From: an uncultured Nitrospinaceae bacterium
GTDB taxonomy: Bacteria; UBA8248
Reading direction: 5' to 3'
Length of the DNA: 60,509 nt
Assembly: GCA_964620535.1 (NCBI GenBank)
Contig: CAZUHN010000237.1
Span: forward strand, 1-60,509
Shown here in pieces: positions 55,587 to 60,509 of the stretch. Within the stretch, counting starts at the first letter, position 1, and the number at the start of each line of letters is the position of its first letter. Both the position numbers and the translations under genes were made by a program. The notes under the pieces were generated by a model that had not been told where the DNA came from, ran no database searches, and saw only the letters and a list, made by a program, of their open reading frames with translations.

Positions 55587-56438
55587 ATGCCGCATCAATA
55601 TCCCCTGGTGCATATCGATGACGTAAAACCCGAGAACATGGACGCGGACAAGGGCTGGCGCATCAGCCAGTTCCGGCTTCCGATCAGCAAGAAACAGGGC
55701 AGCGCTACAACCGCTTTCCACTCCCGCTTCCTGCTCGGTGCCTCCCACAAAAAGCACCTCCACACGGAATGCGACGAGCTGGTCTACTACATATCGGGCC
55801 GGGGCGTGGCGGGCGCCGGGAAGAGCTGGAAAGAGGTGCGGGGGGGGTCCTTCCGCCTCAACCCCAAGGGGGTGGAGCATTGGTTCTGGAACCGGGGCGG
55901 GGACGAGCCGGTTGAGATGGTGGGCTTTTACCTCGGGGCGGGGAGCGTCGAGGAGACGGGTTACATTTACCGGGGGGACGTGGCGGAAGAGGACGTTTTG
56001 GGTTCTCCGGGGTATTATGAATACCCCATCGGCCATCTGGACGGCGTGAAGCCCGAGAACATGAACGCGGACGAGGGCTGGTGCATCACGGACTTCCGCC
56101 TTCCCCTCAGCAAGCGGGAGGGGTGCGCCTCCACCCTTTTCCGCGCCCGCTTCAAGCCCGGGGCGGTTCACAATAAACACCACCATGCGAACTGCGATGA
56201 GATTTATTGCATAATTAGCGGCCTCGGCCTGGCGGGAGCGGGTGATGACCGGGTCGAGGTGCGCGGCGGGCACTTTCACTTCATCCCCAAGGGGGTGGAG
56301 CACTGGCTGCACAATCTGAGCGGCGCCGAACCCATCGAGGTGGTGGGGGTCTACCTCGGGGCGGAGAGCGTCGAGGAGACGGGTTACGTCTACACCGGGG
56401 ACGTGACGGAAGAGGACATCCAAAGCCGTACCGCGTAA
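55587..56438 (+). CDS. Bicupin protein (two cupin domains from an internal duplication)
   Basis: Two homologous halves: VKPENMDADKGWRISQFRLPISKKQG...HKKHLHTECDELVYYISGRG, and VKPENMNADEGWCITDFRLPLSKREG...HNKHHHANCDEIYCIISGLG. Each is followed by IPKGVEHW-type strands. ATG at 55587. Confidence 0.8.
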   Translation: MPHQYPLVHIDDVKPENMDADKGWRISQFRLPISKKQGSATTAFHSRFLLGASHKKHLHTECDELVYYISGRGVAGAGKSWKEVRGGSFRLNPKGVEHWFWNRGGDEPVEMVGFYLGAGSVEETGYIYRGDVAEEDVLGSPGYYEYPIGHLDGVKPENMNADEGWCITDFRLPLSKREGCASTLFRARFKPGAVHNKHHHANCDEIYCIISGLGLAGAGDDRVEVRGGHFHFIPKGVEHWLHNLSGAEPIEVVGVYLGAESVEETGYVYTGDVTEEDIQSRTA

Positions 56439-56531
56439 CCGGCCGGGCCGGGCACGCGGCAAGCGGCGGGAGACCGGGCGAAAAAGAAAGGCCCGGTAAA
56501 AGTGGAGGAAAACCCGTTGGCCGGCAAGACC

Positions 56532-57575
56532 ATGGAAGCGCTGGTGCTTCTCGAGGCGGATCGTTACGAGATGCAAGAGGTTCCGGTTCCCGGGGTGGAG
56601 CCCGCTGAGGTGCTTTGCCGGGTGGGCGGGGTGGCCATCTGCGGAACGGACCTCGGCATCATCTCGGGCAGGTTCTTCCCCATGTGGCCGCCGGAATGGC
56701 CCTTCATCATCGGGCACGAATGGGCCGGGACGGTCGAGGCCGTGGGGGAAGGGGCGGGAGGTCTGGCGCCGGGGGACAAGGTGGCCGGAAGCTCGGCCGT
56801 GGGCTGTGGCCATTGTCGCAACTGCATGACCGGCCGCTACAACCTCTGTCTCAACTACGGGAACATGGCCTCGGGCCACCGCCAATACGGGATGACGGCC
56901 CCGGGCGCGTACGCGCAGTACATCGCGGTGAACGCGCGATCGGTAATGAAGCTGCCAGCGGATTTCGACCTCGCCGAGGCCTCCCTCATGGACACCGGCG
57001 GAATTGGCCTCCACATCGCCAAGCGGGGCGGGATTTCAGCCGGCCACACCGTGGTAGTGATCGGGCCGGGCTCGATCGGCTCGATCACCTACCAGTGCGC
57101 CCGTGCGCTGGGGGCGGGGCGCGTCATCGTGGTGGGAAGGGGCCACCGCCTCGGCATCGCGGGCGCGCTCGGCTGCGAGACCCTCGACTACACGAAGGGC
57201 GACATTCCCGCTGCCATCGCCGAGGCCACCGAGAACATCGGGCCGGATGTCGTGCTCGAGTGCGTCGGCACCGCCTCGACGATCCAGCAGGCGGTGGGGA
57301 TGGTGAAAAAGGGAGGGCGCGTTGTCATCGGCGGCCTCTCCCCCGAGGACGCCCCGCTCCCGCTGCGCCGGTTCGTCCTCGACGAGATCGAGGTGGTGGG
57401 TTCGCGGGCGGCGCCGAACTGCCTGCCCGAGGTCCTATGCCTGGTCCAGAGCGGGGCGCTCAGGTTAGGCGAGCTCGTCACCCACCGCTTCCCGCTGCGC
57501 TCTTTCACCGAGGCGATGGAGACCTTCCGCGACCGCAAGGGCGGTGCCCTCAAAGTGGTGGTCGAGCCTGAATGA
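56532..57575 (+). CDS. Zn-dependent alcohol dehydrogenase (MDR family), second copy
   Basis: CGTDLGIISG...IGHEWAGTV, CGHCRNCMTGRYNLC and VIGPGSIG. ATG at 56532 (MEALVLLE). Confidence 0.87.
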   Translation: MEALVLLEADRYEMQEVPVPGVEPAEVLCRVGGVAICGTDLGIISGRFFPMWPPEWPFIIGHEWAGTVEAVGEGAGGLAPGDKVAGSSAVGCGHCRNCMTGRYNLCLNYGNMASGHRQYGMTAPGAYAQYIAVNARSVMKLPADFDLAEASLMDTGGIGLHIAKRGGISAGHTVVVIGPGSIGSITYQCARALGAGRVIVVGRGHRLGIAGALGCETLDYTKGDIPAAIAEATENIGPDVVLECVGTASTIQQAVGMVKKGGRVVIGGLSPEDAPLPLRRFVLDEIEVVGSRAAPNCLPEVLCLVQSGALRLGELVTHRFPLRSFTEAMETFRDRKGGALKVVVEPE

Positions 57576-58117
57576 GCGCGGGGGGGAGATCCGGAGGGGG
57601 CGGCCCCCTAACCATCACCATCGACACGAGCGTCATCAACGCGCGGTGCTCCCTCCCGGACATGAACCGGATCGAGCGCTGGCACGCCGAGGGCCGGGTC
57701 GCGCTGCACACCCCGCCGCCTGTCATCCGGGAGGCGCGGACCCACCGGTGCGCGAAGGGAAGGGCCCTCTACGCGGGAAAGGCCGCCGCCTTCCGGAAGG
57801 GCCGCCGCGCTGGACCCTGGAGAGGAAAGGAGGGTGCCCTCGCCCCTAGGGAGGCCGCCGCCGTCCTCTTTCCCCACACCCGTCTCCGCGCCATGACCGA
57901 AAGCCAGCGCCGCGACGCCGAGATACTCTCGGCCCACCACCGGCTCCGGCACGACATCCTCCTCACCCTCAATTCGCGGCATTTCATTCGGGGCAGTCGG
58001 CGGGAGCGGCTGGCCCGGGATTTCGGCATACGGGTCATGACCCCGGCCGAGTTCGTCGCCCTGGCGGGGAGGACGCCGGAGCTTCTGGCGGGGGCAAACG
58101 GCGGCGACTCTGCCTGA
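57572..58117 (+). CDS. Hypothetical protein, weakly PIN-domain-like
   Basis: Its ATG overlaps the ADH stop (ATGA). ITIDTSVINA at the N-terminus and DILLTLNSRHF near the C-terminus resemble the first and last PIN motifs. The central part is Arg/Ala/Gly-rich and of low complexity. Confidence 0.4.
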   Translation: MSAGGRSGGGGPLTITIDTSVINARCSLPDMNRIERWHAEGRVALHTPPPVIREARTHRCAKGRALYAGKAAAFRKGRRAGPWRGKEGALAPREAAAVLFPHTRLRAMTESQRRDAEILSAHHRLRHDILLTLNSRHFIRGSRRERLARDFGIRVMTPAEFVALAGRTPELLAGANGGDSA

Positions 58118-58225
58118 TGCGCGAGAGCGGTTTTTTCCCGCCCCGGGGATGCCATTTCGTACAGGGAAGTGGTATCCTGACGCTGACTAAATTACTCCTA
58201 TTTCTCTGCAAACGGAGATGATTCC

Positions 58226-58774
58226 ATGAAGGTTTCCGAGGCGGCGGCGGGCAAGGTAAAAGAGATCATGGAGGCGAACGGCGGCGGATTCGCTGGAATT
58301 CTCATTTCTTTCGAGGGGGGCTACCGGCTCGACTTGGTGAAAGAAGAGGACGCCGGAAACTACATCAAGATCGAAGACCCCCTCCTCGGCGTCTACACCC
58401 TGCCTGAGCACAGGGAGCGGACCGAGAAGGCGACCGTCGATTACGTCACCGAAGGCGAGACCAGCGGCTTCAAGGTGGCCCGGGAGCGCGCACCCGGGGA
58501 GGATTCCCTCCTCTCCCAGATCCAGGACATCATCGACAACGAGATCAACCCCGCCGTCGCGACGCACGGGGGTTTCATCAACCTGCTCGACGTCGAGGAA
58601 AAGCGCGTCTTCGTCCAGATGGGCGGCGGCTGCGCCGGATGCGGCATGGCGAACGTCACCCTCAAGTCCGGTGTCGAGGCCCGGCTCAAGGAGTTCGACC
58701 CCGAGCTCCAAGTGGTGGACACCACCGACCACGACTCGGGATCGAACCCCTACTACGCCCCCTCGAAGAAATAG
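58226..58774 (+). CDS. nfuA: Fe-S cluster carrier NfuA-like (degenerate A-type domain plus Nfu domain)
   Basis: The C-terminal Nfu domain reads INPAVATHGGFINLLDVEEKRVFVQMGGGCAGCGMANVTLKSGVE and contains the CxxC motif. The N-terminal HesB/IscA-like domain has no Cys ligands. Confidence 0.8.
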   Translation: MKVSEAAAGKVKEIMEANGGGFAGILISFEGGYRLDLVKEEDAGNYIKIEDPLLGVYTLPEHRERTEKATVDYVTEGETSGFKVARERAPGEDSLLSQIQDIIDNEINPAVATHGGFINLLDVEEKRVFVQMGGGCAGCGMANVTLKSGVEARLKEFDPELQVVDTTDHDSGSNPYYAPSKK

Positions 58775-58786
58775 CCCCGCCGGAAA

Positions 58787-60025
58787 TTACTCCGGCCCGA
58801 TGCGGAACCGAAGGCGGTCCAGCGCCGTGCGCAGGGCCGCCTCCACTTTTTCGGGCGCCTCCCCCCGCGCGAAGATGAAGCCGAGGTAGCGGTCCCCCTC
58901 GGGAAGGGGGCGCACCCGCCCGCCGGGGTGGATGGAGACCTCCACCCCCTCGACCCCCTCCACCGCGAGCGCCTCTTCCTCCCCTTCCACCCCGCGGAGA
59001 ATCCCCGCTCCCGGGATGGGAATCATCATGACCCCCGAGGCCCCCTCCACCCATCCGGCGGTGGGGGCTTCCCGTCTCAGGGCCCGGTCGAGGATGAGCC
59101 CTTCGAGCGAAGCGTCCCCCTCGAAGCGGAGGGCCCGGGAGCAGTGCCCCCCGATGGAGCGGGCCGCCACGTCGATCACCCATGCCACGCCCTCGTTCAC
59201 TCGGAGCTCCACGTGCACCGGGCCTTCGCCGATGCCGAGCGCACGGAGGGCGCGCGCGGCGGTTTCTGCGATCGTCCCTTGCGTCTCATCGGGCAGCCGC
59301 GAGGGGGTGACGTAGATCGTCTCCTCGAAGTAGGGTCCCTCCATCGGGTCGGGTTTGTCGAAGAGGGCGAGGACGCGGAGTTTCCTCCCTTCGAAAATCC
59401 CCTCGAGGGCCACTTCTTTACCCGGAATATAGTCCTCGGCCAGGATCATCTCGGCCTCATCCCCCCCTCGCGCGGCCGTCTCGGGCTCGCGCAGGATGGC
59501 CGTGATGCGCCGGAAGGCCGCGGCGAACTCTTCCGGATCGTCCGCCCGGATGACCCCCCGGCTCGCCGCGAGGAAGGTGGGCTTGAGGACGCAGGGGTAG
59601 GGCACCGTCCGTGCCAGCACTTCCGGGCTGTCCTCGACCGAAAGGAGGCGGAACCCGGGCGAGGGCAGGCCGTCCTCCTCCAGAATCTGCCGCGTCTGGT
59701 ACTTGCTTCGGACGGTGAAAGCGGCTTCGACCGGGTTCGACTTGAGGCCCAAAGCCTTCGAGGCCGTCGCCGCGAGGGGAACGGTGTCGTCGTCCACCGC
59801 CACCACCGCCTCGATGGGGTACGCCTCCGCGAACGCCCGGATGGCCCCTGTCGCCCGCTTGGAGGCTTGGAAATCGAGGGTGAGGGCGCTTCCCGGAACC
59901 ACGTTTTCCAGCACGTTGGGCCGGTCCGTCCCCACCGTGACCCGGACCCCGAGCCTTTCCGCCGCCTCCAGAAAGTCGGAGGCCCGGTAGGTGTTCGCCG
60001 TCATGAGGAGGAGGACGCGTTTCAT
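58787..60025 (-). CDS. ATP-grasp domain protein (carboxylate-amine ligase-like)
   Basis: 412 aa. A pre-ATP-grasp Rossmann-like N-terminus (MKRVLLLMTANTYRA) is followed by an ATP-grasp core (YPCVLKP...SRGVIRADD, ILAEDYIPGKEVALEG, GPVHVELRV). Confidence 0.75.
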   Translation of the reverse strand: MKRVLLLMTANTYRASDFLEAAERLGVRVTVGTDRPNVLENVVPGSALTLDFQASKRATGAIRAFAEAYPIEAVVAVDDDTVPLAATASKALGLKSNPVEAAFTVRSKYQTRQILEEDGLPSPGFRLLSVEDSPEVLARTVPYPCVLKPTFLAASRGVIRADDPEEFAAAFRRITAILREPETAARGGDEAEMILAEDYIPGKEVALEGIFEGRKLRVLALFDKPDPMEGPYFEETIYVTPSRLPDETQGTIAETAARALRALGIGEGPVHVELRVNEGVAWVIDVAARSIGGHCSRALRFEGDASLEGLILDRALRREAPTAGWVEGASGVMMIPIPGAGILRGVEGEEEALAVEGVEGVEVSIHPGGRVRPLPEGDRYLGFIFARGEAPEKVEAALRTALDRLRFRIGPE

Positions 60026-60032
60026 TGTTGCC

Positions 60033-60509
60033 CTACCCCGCGTGCCAGCCGCCGTCCACGAGGAGGGAGGTGCCGGTCACGAGGGCGCTCGCCTTCGAGG
60101 CGAGGAAGATGCAGGGCCCGACGAGCTCCTCCATCTTCCCGAAGCGGCCCATCGGGGTGCGCGCGGTGATGGCGTCGTAGACGGGTTTGTCGTCTTTTAA
60201 AACCTGGGTGAGGGGGGTCTCGATGTAGGTGGGGCAGATGGCGTTCACTTGAATATTCTCCTTCGCCCACTCGATGGCGAAGGAGCGCGTGAGGGCGACC
60301 ACCCCTCCCTTGCTCGCGCTGTAGGGGCCGTAGGTCTGCCCGTGCGGGTTCTTGAAGACGGACCAGGCCATGAGGGAGGCGATGTTGACTACCTTGCCGC
60401 CTCCCGCCTTCTTCATCTCGGTCCCCGCCCGGCGGGTGACGAAAAAGTAGCTCTTGAGGTTGAGGTCAAGCACCTTATCCCAGTCCTTCTCCTCAACTTC
60501 GTCGAGGTT
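60033..60509 (-). CDS. Short-chain dehydrogenase/reductase (SDR), N-terminus outside window
   Basis: GKVVNIAS, YSASKGGVVALTR (YxxxK) and IQVNAICPTYIETP. The frame stays open to the window end. Confidence 0.85.
   Translation of the reverse strand, partial: NLDEVEEKDWDKVLDLNLKSYFFVTRRAGTEMKKAGGGKVVNIASLMAWSVFKNPHGQTYGPYSASKGGVVALTRSFAIEWAKENIQVNAICPTYIETPLTQVLKDDKPVYDAITARTPMGRFGKMEELVGPCIFLASKASALVTGTSLLVDGGWHAG

Noticed and set aside
54732-57014. 760-aa ORF on the minus strand spanning the ADH-bicupin-ADH genes
   Set aside because: It runs antisense to three genes with clear family motifs. Its translation is Arg/Gly/His/Pro-rich low complexity, as expected for stop-free shadow frames in GC-rich DNA.
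58928-60169. 413-aa plus-strand ORF opposite the ATP-grasp gene
   Set aside because: Arg/Gly/Pro-rich shadow frame. The minus-strand product has ATP-grasp organisation.

Overview
GC-rich bacterial chromosomal segment with a compositional mosaic. By rough hand counts, some blocks are about 60-70% G+C, others about 50%, and a few AT-rich spacers are near 30%. I found no rRNA, CRISPR array, transposase, integrase or phage genes. The window opens in the tail of a complex I operon (nuoI-J-K-L-M-N). A second, lower-GC operon follows directly: nuoA-B-C-D-H-J-K-L-M-N. It has no nuoE/F/G and no nuoI, and its NuoL carries a 26-codon tandem duplication in the lateral-helix region. Downstream, in order: an AT-rich spacer; a HAD phosphatase plus PurM/HypE/SelD-superfamily gene pair; tRNA-Phe(GAA); a divergent SucCD-like acyl-CoA synthetase pair; a sodium:solute symporter preceded by a coupled 27-codon micro-ORF; a chlorite dismutase/HemQ-like gene; and a secreted amicyanin-like cupredoxin. 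Then come a selA-selB-(class V PLP enzyme) operon, a DUF35 Zn-ribbon/OB-fold protein fused to a histone-H1-like Lys/Ala repeat tail, a family III CoA-transferase, and two paralogous proteins each made of three RidA/YjgF domains. These are followed by a DMT transporter, a PuuD-like amidotransferase, ychF and a CheY-like receiver. Next is a seven-gene minus-strand operon: sugar-phosphate isomerase, AmgK-like kinase, two GNAT-type acyltransferases, MshA-like GT4, PIG-L deacetylase and NagZ. After it lie a frameshifted FadR-type regulator with a clear promoter/operator, a small catabolic cluster (M24 hydrolase, HMGL-like enzyme, FAD-oxidase pseudogene, two Zn-ADHs, a bicupin), a PIN-like ORF, nfuA, an ATP-grasp enzyme and a truncated SDR. 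The most interesting candidates are the NuoI/NuoEFG-less nuo operon with its lengthened NuoL helix, the mycothiol-like glycoside operon, the single-chain triple-RidA pair, the DUF35-H1 fusion and the selAB-linked Cys-less PLP enzyme. All functional calls come from motif recognition by eye; no database search was run.
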